Assembly (NCBI GenBank): GCA_037441845.1
Contig: JBBIRK010000005.1
Location: 96,001-160,000 of the forward strand
Length of the DNA: 64,000 nt
Direction of reading: 5' to 3'
DNA from: Candidatus Zixiibacteriota bacterium
GTDB lineage: Bacteria > Zixibacteria > MSB-5A5 > UBA10806 > 4484-95
Position 1 is the stretch's first letter; each line of letters starts with the position of its first letter. The position numbers and the translations under genes were made by a program. Below the pieces are notes generated by a model. That model saw only the letters and a program-made list of their open reading frames with translations, was not told the origin of the DNA and ran no database searches. Below, in pieces: positions 39,343-47,864 of this stretch.

Positions 39343-40367
39343 TTTCCCTTTTCGACTACCTTACCGATGATCCAATAGCGCTGATCGAGTTCTTTGAAGC
39401 TGCGTTCGAGAACACCGGAACGTTCGCTGGGAATGCATATTATCAATCCACCCGAGGTCTGAGCATCGCACAGAATCTTCCTGCGATTCAAGGGAATCGA
39501 TTCGTCCCATTCGACATATCCGGCGGAATGACTAAGATTGGCGTTGGTGCCGCCCGGGAAAAGGTCGAGTTCCGCCAGCTCCTCGACACCATTCATCAAA
39601 GGGACGGATTCGAGGCTGACAATTGCGGATACATTCGAGGCGTTGATTAATTCCAACAGGTGACCTATCAGTCCATAACCGGTGACATCGGTGGCCGCTT
39701 TAACGCCGGCGGCAATGGCGGCTTTCGACGCTCGATCGTTAAGTGCGGCCATTTCGTCGATCGCAGCAGCTACGATATCATCAGCGGCCTTGTTGGCTTT
39801 AGCTGCAGTGGTTATAAGGCCGGAGCCGATCGGTTTGGTCAAATAAAGTAGGTCCCCTGGTTTGCACGCCTCATTAGTCATCAATTTATCTACGCCTACT
39901 TTGCCGGTTACCGCCAGGCCGTAAAACGGTTCAGGGCTCTTTACTGAATGCCCACCGATGATAGGCACCCCCGCATTCCGAGTGGCATGTTGACCGCCCG
40001 AAAGGATCTCCACCAGCACATCCAGCGGCAACTTGTTTTCGGGAAACCCGACGATATTCAGAGCGGCGATCGGCTCGGCGCCCATGGCATAGATATCCGA
40101 CAGGGCATTGGCCGCCGCAATTCGGCCGAAATCCCACGGCGAATCGACCACCGGCGTAAAATAATCCACGGTCAGCACGAGCCCGGTCTGCCGGTCGTAC
40201 CGCACCACTCCGGCATCGTCGAAATGCTTTGTCCCGACAATTACCTCGGGAAATTGCTCCGTTTTTATCTGACTCAGAACCTGAGCCAGCGCCGTCGGCG
40301 AGAATTTGCTCGCTCAGCCTGCGCAGGCCGCGTATTCGGTCAGGCGTATTTTCTTTTCATTCGCCAC
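39315..40367 (-). CDS. selD: Selenide, water dikinase, selenocysteine-containing (in-frame TGA at 40314-40316)
   Basis: From GTG 40367: MANEKKIRLTEYAACAG-U-ASKFSPTAL...DDAGV continues in frame into the 297-aa ORF (TVDYFTP, ANALSDIYAMG, GGHS, TDVTGYGL.GH, DAQTSGGL); 350 aa total. Confidence 0.93.
40269..40289 (-). promoter_or_regulatory. Candidate bacterial SECIS hairpin in selD
   Basis: CTGGCTCAG-GTT-CTGAGTCAG, 9-bp stem with one G-U and a G-first apical loop, starting 24 nt after the UGA. Confidence 0.7.
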
Positions 40368-40503
40368 AGCCGGACTTTCGTTTAAAATCGATTTACACCG
40401 TTCAACTTCAAAAGTCGACGGCGTATATAATAGCAGATTCTGATGAATGATTCAACGATAAAAACCTATACAAGAAAAGCGATTTGCATTAAATTGTGAC
40501 CAA

Positions 40504-40532
40504 TGAAACCAGGCTTAATCGAATTAAGTATA
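40504..40532 (+). promoter_or_regulatory. Candidate ECF-type promoter for degP
   Basis: TGAAAC-N17-AGTATA upstream of the degP start. Confidence 0.4.
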
Positions 40533-40559
40533 AATGGCGAAAGCGACGGTGATGATTAG

Positions 40560-42080
40560 ATGAAATCGATTAGGATAATCGGCGTTATTCTTATCGTGAT
40601 ATTGGGAGCATTCCTCGGTTCGGCATCCACCTACGGCATTCTTAAATTTATCGAAAGCTGGAAAGAAAAGTATGCGACAAGAGAAACCACACAGGAAGAA
40701 GTGATCGATACCAATACGGCTAAAGGCCCTGCCACAACGAATAATGTCAATACCTCAGTGGCTGAATCCAGACGAAACGCGATCGTGGAAGCCGCCAGAA
40801 AAGTGGGGCCGGCCACCGTATCGATTTCGGTGACTCAAACGCAGGTGTATCGCCAGACCAATCCGGGATTCGGCGCGGATTTTTGGGACTATTTTTTTTA
40901 CGGACCGCGCGAATACCGACGCAAAACCCATTCGCTCGGCTCGGGCATCATAATCAATCCGGAGGGATATATTCTCACCAATGACCATGTGGTCCGCGGC
41001 GCCGATGAAATTACCATAACCTTGACCTCGGGCGAGCAATTCAACGGAAAACTGATAGGCAGCGACGAAACGACCGACCTGGCGGTATTGCGGATAATGT
41101 CCAGTAGAACCGATTTCCCATACGCGCGCCTGGGCGACTCGGATAACCTGATAATCGGAGAATGGGCCATCGCCATAGGCAATCCATTCGGCTTTCTTCT
41201 CGATGATCCGAATCCGACGGTTACCGTGGGGGTGATTTCGGCGACAAACCGCGATATCCGGCCCGAGGCAGGATTCAAGCAGGTTTTCCGCAACATGATC
41301 CAGACCGATGCCGCCATCAATCCAGGCAATTCCGGCGGGCCGCTGGTGAACGCGTTCGGGGAAGTAATCGGAATCAACACTTTCATATTCAGCTCGAGCC
41401 GGGGCTCCGAGGGAATCGGTTTCGCCATTCCGGTGAACCGCGCTAAAACGATCCTGTCCGATTTGATCGAAACCGGACAAGTTGTCAAAAGCTGGGTGGG
41501 CATGAAAGTGCAACGAATTGATCAGCAACTGATCCGTCAATTAGGCCTGAGTGCCAAATCCGGTATCGCGGTGCTGGCAGTAGATGACATGTCACCGGCG
41601 CAAAAAGCAGGCGTCAGGCCGGCGGATATCCCGCTTTCGGTGAACGGCCGCCCGGTGACCCGGGAATCGGATTGGGCGGACATCATGAATTTCGCCCGAA
41701 TTGGCGAGCCGCTGACGTTGAAAATCCTGCGTGGGAAAGATACAACCGAGATACAGTTGGTGCCGGAAGAAGAACCGGTGCAATCGGCCCCCTCCTTTAC
41801 CGACGGTTTCGGCTTAAACGTAATCGCCATCACCCGTAAAGTGGCAAGTTATTATGGCATTCAAGATGACCGGGGTGTTCTTATCACCTCGTTTTCGCCG
41901 AACGGGCCGGCCAGAGATTGGGGGTTTCAGGAAGGCGACATAATTCGGGGCATAAACCGCCGTCCAATCACCTCGCTCGATGAGTACAAAAGGATTATGA
42001 GCCAGCTACGTCGAGGCTATCAGGTTATGTTCATTATCGAACGGCAGGGAGAGCTGTATTATTTGGTGGCGGTGGCCTGA
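40560..42080 (+). CDS. degP: HtrA/DegP serine protease with two PDZ domains
   Basis: N-terminal TM, LGSGII...ILTNDHV, DLAVL, IQTDAAINPGNSGGPL, GIGFAIP, two PDZ repeats. Confidence 0.95.
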   Translation: MKSIRIIGVILIVILGAFLGSASTYGILKFIESWKEKYATRETTQEEVIDTNTAKGPATTNNVNTSVAESRRNAIVEAARKVGPATVSISVTQTQVYRQTNPGFGADFWDYFFYGPREYRRKTHSLGSGIIINPEGYILTNDHVVRGADEITITLTSGEQFNGKLIGSDETTDLAVLRIMSSRTDFPYARLGDSDNLIIGEWAIAIGNPFGFLLDDPNPTVTVGVISATNRDIRPEAGFKQVFRNMIQTDAAINPGNSGGPLVNAFGEVIGINTFIFSSSRGSEGIGFAIPVNRAKTILSDLIETGQVVKSWVGMKVQRIDQQLIRQLGLSAKSGIAVLAVDDMSPAQKAGVRPADIPLSVNGRPVTRESDWADIMNFARIGEPLTLKILRGKDTTEIQLVPEEEPVQSAPSFTDGFGLNVIAITRKVASYYGIQDDRGVLITSFSPNGPARDWGFQEGDIIRGINRRPITSLDEYKRIMSQLRRGYQVMFIIERQGELYYLVAVA

Positions 42081-42132
42081 CGGCATGATGGATAAATCGT
42101 AATAAAGGCGAATATCTTGGCCCTAAAAAATT

Positions 42133-42154
42133 ACGCCCGACTGATGCCGGGCGT
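42133..42154 (-). terminator. Hairpin terminator between convergent degP and the oxidoreductase operon
   Basis: ACGCCCGG-CATCAG-TCGGGCGT followed by AATTTTTT on the - strand. Confidence 0.6.
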
Positions 42155-42182
42155 CAGCGGATTAAACCATTAACGCTCGAAA

Positions 42183-42719
42183 CTATTTCGCCGCTTGCGC
42201 ACCCTTATCGATCGCTTGGCGATTCATCTCCAACACTTTTTCGCTGGCCCGGGCATAGACTTTCGGCAGCGATTTTTTCAAAGCCTCAAGCGATATTGCG
42301 CCGCTTCTTTGAGCATAAGCCCCCAGCATCACCATATTAGCGCACTTTATATTGCCGAGGCTTTCGGCTATTTCATTGGCGGGAACTTCCACCGAGACGA
42401 TATCGGTGCGTTTCGAACGCGAAGCCACCAGGGAGGTATTGATATAAAGCACACCGCCCGATTTCAGCTTTGGTTCGAACCTGGTTAAAGACGGTTCATT
42501 GAGAACCAGCAGCGAATCCGGAAAGGCCACCACGGGCGAGGCGATTTCTTCCGAAGAAATCACCACCGAGCAGTTGGCGGTTCCACCGCGCATCTCGGCG
42601 CCATAGGCCGGAAAGAACGTGACATGTTTGCCGTCAATCATCCCCGCATAGGCCAAAAGCACTCCACCGGAGATCACCCCCTGCCCACCGAATCCTGACA
42701 TGATCAAACCCTGATACAT
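42183..42719 (-). CDS. 2-oxoacid:ferredoxin oxidoreductase gamma subunit
   Basis: GFGGQG, YGAEMRGGTA, NMVMLGA. Confidence 0.95.
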   Translation of the reverse strand: MYQGLIMSGFGGQGVISGGVLLAYAGMIDGKHVTFFPAYGAEMRGGTANCSVVISSEEIASPVVAFPDSLLVLNEPSLTRFEPKLKSGGVLYINTSLVASRSKRTDIVSVEVPANEIAESLGNIKCANMVMLGAYAQRSGAISLEALKKSLPKVYARASEKVLEMNRQAIDKGAQAAK

Positions 42720-42729
42720 CGCCTCTCCC

Positions 42730-43509
42730 TTATGCGTTTACCAATTCTTCTTTACTCTTAGGTGATTCTTTCTTTTCCGGCGATTTTATCACTCCGAGCG
42801 GGAAATAAGGTATCATCTTGGTCTTCACGAATTCGATCGCATTCAGCGGTGTCATTTCCCAATCAGTGGGGCATTGAGAAATGATTTCGACCATCGTGAA
42901 TCCCCGCCTTTCGATCTGATAGGTAAACGCCTTTTTAATCGCCTTGCGGCATTTAAGAACATTCGCCGGAGTATGAACAGAGCAGCGTTCGAGATAGACG
43001 GCGCCCTCGAGCGTGGCCAGCAGCTCGCACATCTTGAAAGGATAGCCGTTGGCCTCGACCGTGCGACCATGCGGCGAGGTTGTCGATCTCATCCCGAGCA
43101 GCGTCGTCGGCGCCATCTGGCCGCCAGTCATGCCGTAGATGGCATTATTTATAAATATAATGGTTATGTTTTCGGCACGGTTTGCCGCATGAATCGTCTC
43201 CGCCATTCCTATGGATGCCAGATCGCCGTCGCCTTGATAGGAAAAGACGATGCATTCCGGTTTCACCCGTTTAATGCCGGTGGCGATCGCCGGCCCTCGG
43301 CCGTGCGGCCCCTGGATAGCGTCGCAATTAAAATACTCGTCGGCGAATACCGAACATCCCACCGGAGCGATTGCCACACTTCGGTCGAGGACATCAAGTT
43401 CCTCCAAGACCTCGGCAACCAAACGATGCACTACGCCGTGTCCGCATCCCGGGCAATAACGCATCGGGATTTCAGTCAAGCCTTTTGTTCGTTCGAATAC
43501 TTTTTTCAT
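42730..43509 (-). CDS. 2-oxoacid:ferredoxin oxidoreductase beta (TPP-binding) subunit
   Basis: YCPGCGHG, PVGCS, HGR, GDGD...NNAIYGMTGGQMAPT, CPT.W. Confidence 0.95.
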   Translation of the reverse strand: MKKVFERTKGLTEIPMRYCPGCGHGVVHRLVAEVLEELDVLDRSVAIAPVGCSVFADEYFNCDAIQGPHGRGPAIATGIKRVKPECIVFSYQGDGDLASIGMAETIHAANRAENITIIFINNAIYGMTGGQMAPTTLLGMRSTTSPHGRTVEANGYPFKMCELLATLEGAVYLERCSVHTPANVLKCRKAIKKAFTYQIERRGFTMVEIISQCPTDWEMTPLNAIEFVKTKMIPYFPLGVIKSPEKKESPKSKEELVNA

Positions 43510-43552
43510 ATCGAAATCTCCGAAAATTATCGGTTAACGCCCGAAAAAGCGA

Positions 43553-44617
43553 TCAAACTCCGCCGAGCATTTTTTTCACCAACTCAAAAACCTCCTCGGC
43601 AGTGGGAATTCCGCCCGCAGGACGTTTGTGCAGCTCGATTCTGGCTTTCCCGAGAATCGAAAGTTGAACGTCATCTATGTACTGGCCGAGGCTCATCTCT
43701 ACGACAAGAAATTTTTTGGTCTTTTCGGCCGCCTCGGCGAAAATCTTTTTAGGGAACGGCCAGACGGTTATGGGTCGGATCAACCCCACCTTGAGACCGG
43801 CCTTTCGAGCCATGGCTACGGCCGATTTGCAGACCCTTGCGGCACTGCCATACCCGGTAAGTATAAGATCGGCATCCTCACAAAACTGCGTCTCGCAAAG
43901 AGTCTCCTTGGCGGCGATTTCTTCGTAAATTTTTTCGAGCTGAAAATTGAATTCCTCCATCTTACCGGGAGCCAGATCGTAGGATTTGACCCGCCGGCGC
44001 GGCCTGCCGTTGCGCACCCCCAAGGTCCAATCGTATTCCGGAAGAGCGGCCGGATCTATCGGCTCGAAATCGAACTCCACCGGCTCCATCATTTGCCCAA
44101 GCAAACCATCGGCGAGAATCATCGTAGGAATACGATATTTGAACCCCACCTCATAGCAACGCCTGGGGAAATTGGCCATCTCCGTAACGGAACCGGGAGC
44201 CATCACATAAACTCGATAATCGCCGTGGCCGCCGCCGCGCGTCGCTTGATAATAATCACTTTGGGCGGGAGCGATATTGCCCAGCCCGGGGCCACCCCTG
44301 ACCACATTGGCGTAAAAAATCGGCAACCGCGCGCCGGCACAATACGATATCCCCTCTTGTTTCAGGGATATACCTGGGCTCGATGATGACGTCATCGTCC
44401 TGGTGCCGCAGGCGGTGGCGCCGAAAAGCATATTTATGGCCGCCACCTCGCTTTCGGCCTGAATAAAAGTGCCGCCCACTTGAGGGAGACGCCAAGACAT
44501 ATATTCAGGAATCTCGTTCTGCGGCGTTATGGGATACCCCGCAAAAAACCGGCACCCGGCTCTGACCGCGCCTTCGGCGATCGCCTCATTTCCTTTCATT
44601 AATTTGCGTTCACCCAT
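43553..44617 (-). CDS. vorB: 2-oxoacid:ferredoxin oxidoreductase alpha subunit (branched-chain VorB-like)
   Basis: GNEAIAEGA, GYPITPQ, QAESE, TSSSSPGISLKQE, RGGPGLG, GGHGDY. Confidence 0.9.
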   Translation of the reverse strand: MGERKLMKGNEAIAEGAVRAGCRFFAGYPITPQNEIPEYMSWRLPQVGGTFIQAESEVAAINMLFGATACGTRTMTSSSSPGISLKQEGISYCAGARLPIFYANVVRGGPGLGNIAPAQSDYYQATRGGGHGDYRVYVMAPGSVTEMANFPRRCYEVGFKYRIPTMILADGLLGQMMEPVEFDFEPIDPAALPEYDWTLGVRNGRPRRRVKSYDLAPGKMEEFNFQLEKIYEEIAAKETLCETQFCEDADLILTGYGSAARVCKSAVAMARKAGLKVGLIRPITVWPFPKKIFAEAAEKTKKFLVVEMSLGQYIDDVQLSILGKARIELHKRPAGGIPTAEEVFELVKKMLGGV

Positions 44618-44626
44618 AAATCAGCC

Positions 44627-44830
44627 TCACTTCCAGACTTCGATAGCCACGTCGGGGCAAACATAGGCGCACATTTTACAGCCGGTGCAATCGTCCGGCC
44701 GCGCCATCGTCGCCGGATAATATCCTGAAGGCGCAAAATTCTTGGATATTTCGATAACCTCCTCCGGGCAGGCCACCACGCATAATTCGCACCCCTTGCA
44801 TCGGACCATATCGACCTCTATTTTAGGCAT
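44627..44830 (-). CDS. 2[4Fe-4S] ferredoxin-like delta subunit
   Basis: CKGCELC...CP and CTGCKMC...CP; GGAGG RBS. Confidence 0.95.
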   Translation of the reverse strand: MPKIEVDMVRCKGCELCVVACPEEVIEISKNFAPSGYYPATMARPDDCTGCKMCAYVCPDVAIEVWK

Positions 44831-44905
44831 AATTTCCTCCGATCAATGGAGCTTTTTCACGCCCCTAATCAATATATAAGCCCGCAAATTGAAGAGCAAT
44901 TATTT

Positions 44906-44923
44906 TTGTAACTTTTTTCACAA
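44906..44923. promoter_or_regulatory. Palindromic operator (Rex- or CRP/FNR-like) upstream of the oxidoreductase operon
   Basis: - strand TTGTGAA-AAAA-GTTACAA, just upstream of TTGCTC-N17-TATATT (44871-44899). Confidence 0.5.
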
Positions 44924-44936
44924 AGTAAATAAAAAC

Positions 44937-44963
44937 GCCTGTCACAATCGGGTTGCGACAGGC
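44937..44963 (-). terminator. Intrinsic terminator
   Basis: GCCTGTCGCAA-CCCGA-TTGTGACAGGC followed by GTTTTTATTT. Confidence 0.8.
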
Positions 44964-44988
44964 TTCGGGCGGTCGATGGTCGACTCCA

Positions 44989-45177
44989 TTATCCGTAAAA
45001 TTCCTTGTAGTTGCATTTGCATACAGGCACCATATTTTTGCGGTACTTGTATACCCCGCCGGCCGTTGAAACCGGCTGCACAATCAAAGTCGATGTGATC
45101 GGTGAATTGCATTTGGGGCAGTTGATCACATGTTTGACTTTTTTGGCCTTATCCGCGAAAGATTGTCTTTTTGCCAT
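44989..45177 (-). CDS. Small basic Zn-ribbon-like protein (62 aa)
   Basis: GGAGG RBS, own terminator, Lys-rich, CPKC and CKC motifs. Confidence 0.85.
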   Translation of the reverse strand: MAKRQSFADKAKKVKHVINCPKCNSPITSTLIVQPVSTAGGVYKYRKNMVPVCKCNYKEFYG

Positions 45178-45220
45178 TGTTCCTCCAACATTCCAAACTA
45201 ATATATATTATCGATTTTTC

Positions 45221-45388
45221 TCAACCAAGAAATTTTTGGAGATCCTGCCGCAAAGCCAGAGCAGCCAATACAACCTTATCGGCGGGTTCCAGTTGATCGC
45301 GAATATCGGCGGCGATCCGCAAGGCGTTTTCGAATTGTCTGGACGCAATCAGGCTGTAAAACACCCTTAGGCGTTCGTCAAACAGCAT
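45221..45388 (-). CDS. Small helical hypothetical protein with UVR-like motif
   Basis: MLFDERL...QFENALRIAADIRDQL; start overlaps the end of the upstream ORF. Confidence 0.55.
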   Translation of the reverse strand: MLFDERLRVFYSLIASRQFENALRIAADIRDQLEPADKVVLAALALRQDLQKFLG

Positions 45389-46106
45389 TCTTGTTTCTGA
45401 ACCGTCGGAGTTTTTCAACATAGGGTTCGACTTTGTAGCCGTGTATTTTCAAAAAATATAGTATGCTGGCGGCCATATGTTCGGCGCGCCGATCGGCGTT
45501 TTTTTCGATTTCTCCGAATAGATAACTTACGATTCCGAACAAATGACGACGCGGATCATCTAAGTAATCCATCATTTGTTCCTGATATGCCAAGCTTTGC
45601 CTGAATTTCTGTTTCGCATCGATATCCAACCGATCGACCGGCTCGGCTCCAGCCGGATTTTCCGGCGGCCTTACCAATTTCAATCCGATCGGCGTATATT
45701 CATACCCGAGGGTTCGGCTTCTGCTTTGAAGATAATTATTGGCCTGAAGAGCTATTTTCTGAGCCTCACCGAAATCAAACCAGCTCTGTTTGGTTTGCTG
45801 GGCATGGTCGTTCGCCCGGCAGTATGAACCTATTTTCTCGACACAACGGGATAAAGTAAATATCATTTCCCGGTTAAAGCAGCTTTCATCCAACTTCGCG
45901 CCGACATGGTTAAACCAATGCTTTAAGGCCCTGAATCTATCGTCAAGCCGCCAGTATTGCCGGTTATTTCCGAATGTAATCTCCTCGAGTCGTTGGAGCT
46001 CGAATATCGCCTCGAACCGTCTTAATCTTTTTTCGGCATAATGAACCAGAAAATCAGTCAACTGACGTTCCAATTCTATCGCCTGAATCATCCTCGATAC
46101 CGGCAT
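45378..46106 (-). CDS. Hypothetical alpha-helical protein
   Basis: 242-aa ORF starting 1 nt after the upstream stop; no motif recognised. Confidence 0.7.
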   Translation of the reverse strand: MPVSRMIQAIELERQLTDFLVHYAEKRLRRFEAIFELQRLEEITFGNNRQYWRLDDRFRALKHWFNHVGAKLDESCFNREMIFTLSRCVEKIGSYCRANDHAQQTKQSWFDFGEAQKIALQANNYLQSRSRTLGYEYTPIGLKLVRPPENPAGAEPVDRLDIDAKQKFRQSLAYQEQMMDYLDDPRRHLFGIVSYLFGEIEKNADRRAEHMAASILYFLKIHGYKVEPYVEKLRRFRNKNAV

Positions 46107-46107
46107 A

Positions 46108-46917
46108 TCAAGCTTTCTCCAAGAATCGATTCAACAGGGTTGTCAACATGTCGAGCTTCCGCTCTATACTTTGCCATTCGGAATCCGGCAGGCCGTCCTC
46201 TTCCTCGACGACCACTTCCGCAATTTCAGTCGCCAGCAGCTTTAGAAGAATTTTCAGCGAAATCAGCGGATCGGTGCCGAAATCGCTCAATATCCGGCCG
46301 ATGGTTCTTTTGCCGTCACAGAGCGTCAACAGATTCCATTCGTCGGCGGAAAGCCTGATTTCAACAGGGTTTCCATCCCTCATAGGTTTGATTCGAATCG
46401 GTTTATTGAACGCCGGCAATTTCGACATCAATTGAAGCATTTCGTCGGTCCGCCGGACACCTTCGAGGATCAACGACTCCGTCGGCAGGGTCAGAATGGT
46501 TTGCTCCTGGGTGGGAAATCTCCCCTCATAAAATTTGAACACGCCTTCATCCCAGGTCATCAAAGAGTATATGGTATCGGTTATCTGTTCGCGCAGGACC
46601 TCTTCGATATCGCTTTCGCTGGCAAGCTTCTTTTCAACCAAGATCGCACCCAGGCGTCGCTTGTCGCCAGTCTGCCTTTGGTACATCAATACATCTTTAA
46701 GCTCTTTATGGGCGATTTTGCCTCTGGCGATAAGGCGATCGCCGAGCCGATTCCTCCGATTTGGGGTGTAGGCATAAGTGATGTTGCCGTCATGGAAATA
46801 AACGATCACCGATTGATTGTGCCGATGCAGGCCGAGCGTGCCGGTCCTCCGCCCGGAGGCTATCAGCTGAAGAATCTCGGGAACGTTGAATTTTTCTATT
46901 TTGCCCTGAAGATCCAT
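46108..46917 (-). CDS. DUF4388 (PatA_N-like) domain protein
   Basis: LQGKIEKFNVPEILQLI...RTGTL, RLGDRL/RLGAILV repeats, WDEGVFKF, LILEGVRRTDE, DGKRTI. Confidence 0.85.
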   Translation of the reverse strand: MDLQGKIEKFNVPEILQLIASGRRTGTLGLHRHNQSVIVYFHDGNITYAYTPNRRNRLGDRLIARGKIAHKELKDVLMYQRQTGDKRRLGAILVEKKLASESDIEEVLREQITDTIYSLMTWDEGVFKFYEGRFPTQEQTILTLPTESLILEGVRRTDEMLQLMSKLPAFNKPIRIKPMRDGNPVEIRLSADEWNLLTLCDGKRTIGRILSDFGTDPLISLKILLKLLATEIAEVVVEEEDGLPDSEWQSIERKLDMLTTLLNRFLEKA

Positions 46918-46997
46918 CGAAGAATCTAACTTAACTTCATCACCGCCGGAACCGGCTCGACCCGAATTTAGGAGATAGAAAGCTTTATGGCAAGCGA

Positions 46998-47864
46998 TTA
47001 TCCGATTCGATAATTGAAGGAATATCCGACGGCCTTGTAAGGGGCGGTCCAGTCGTGGGCATTTATCAGCAGAAAACGCAATTGCCCATGCAGCGCCCGG
47101 GACGGCATATCGAAAGTCGCGGTAAGCACGCCATTCGAATCGGCCGTCAATTCCGCCAGTCGGTAACTGAAATCGGCGGAGGGGATCATGAACTGCATGA
47201 AATCGGCTGAATCGGCCAAAACCATACTTACGGTGACCTGCTCACCCGGCGCGAAACGACGCAATTGATCAAGCGAATAATTGCCTATGACAAAAGTGGT
47301 TTCGGCCTGCAACGGCGTGCGATAGGTCAGGCTATCGAGGAAATGGTAGCTTTGGCCGAGCGACAGGAATCGCACATCGCCTATCGATGTAATCAGCCAG
47401 CCGCGTCTTACCCGATTAGGGAATCCCCATTGCTGGCAGATGACTTGTCGGCCGCCGCGGATCGTAAAGGGTTTGTTCGATCGCTCGATTGAATCCGCGG
47501 AAGCGTTGTAGCGCATCCCCCGAAACGAGCCGAAGAAGGTATTTTCGTAAAACACATTGCCTTGATACACCTCGCCTACCGGGCTGGGGACCGGCTGCGG
47601 CAAAATATCAATGACCAAATTTTCATTGGTGCTGTCGATTACATGCCAATACAGCTCCGTTTCCGAATCGGGAACGACGAGGAAAGCGGCCGTATCCGGG
47701 ACAGTCTGGTCGATTATATCGAGCGTGGTCAAGCGCCAATAGTCATTGAAAAGCAGATTATAAATCGCCTCCTCGTCGGTGGCCTCGATAGGAGAGAGCG
47801 GCTTATCGCCGGTGCAGGCAAAAATCACCGCCAGAAATGGGGCGACTAAAAATCTTCCCCTCAT
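46998..47864 (-). CDS. Hypothetical lipoprotein
   Basis: Lipobox-like LAVIFAC at Cys17; ATG overlaps the uvrB stop region. Confidence 0.7.
   Translation of the reverse strand: MRGRFLVAPFLAVIFACTGDKPLSPIEATDEEAIYNLLFNDYWRLTTLDIIDQTVPDTAAFLVVPDSETELYWHVIDSTNENLVIDILPQPVPSPVGEVYQGNVFYENTFFGSFRGMRYNASADSIERSNKPFTIRGGRQVICQQWGFPNRVRRGWLITSIGDVRFLSLGQSYHFLDSLTYRTPLQAETTFVIGNYSLDQLRRFAPGEQVTVSMVLADSADFMQFMIPSADFSYRLAELTADSNGVLTATFDMPSRALHGQLRFLLINAHDWTAPYKAVGYSFNYRIG

Noticed and set aside
40341..40360. ATG at 40360 as selD start
   Set aside because: Out of frame with the Sec codon and hits a stop after six codons; GTG 40367 is in frame.
40398..40421. CTTCAAA inside a hairpin upstream of selD, resembling the tRNA-Sec anticodon loop
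   Set aside because: No acceptor stem, T-loop (GTTCGA) or long variable arm can be built around it.
44627..46106. Other TGA stops (ferredoxin subunit, 242-aa hypothetical) as selenocysteine codons
   Set aside because: Ferredoxin is already full length; no Cys-like context, convincing read-through product or SECIS hairpin seen.
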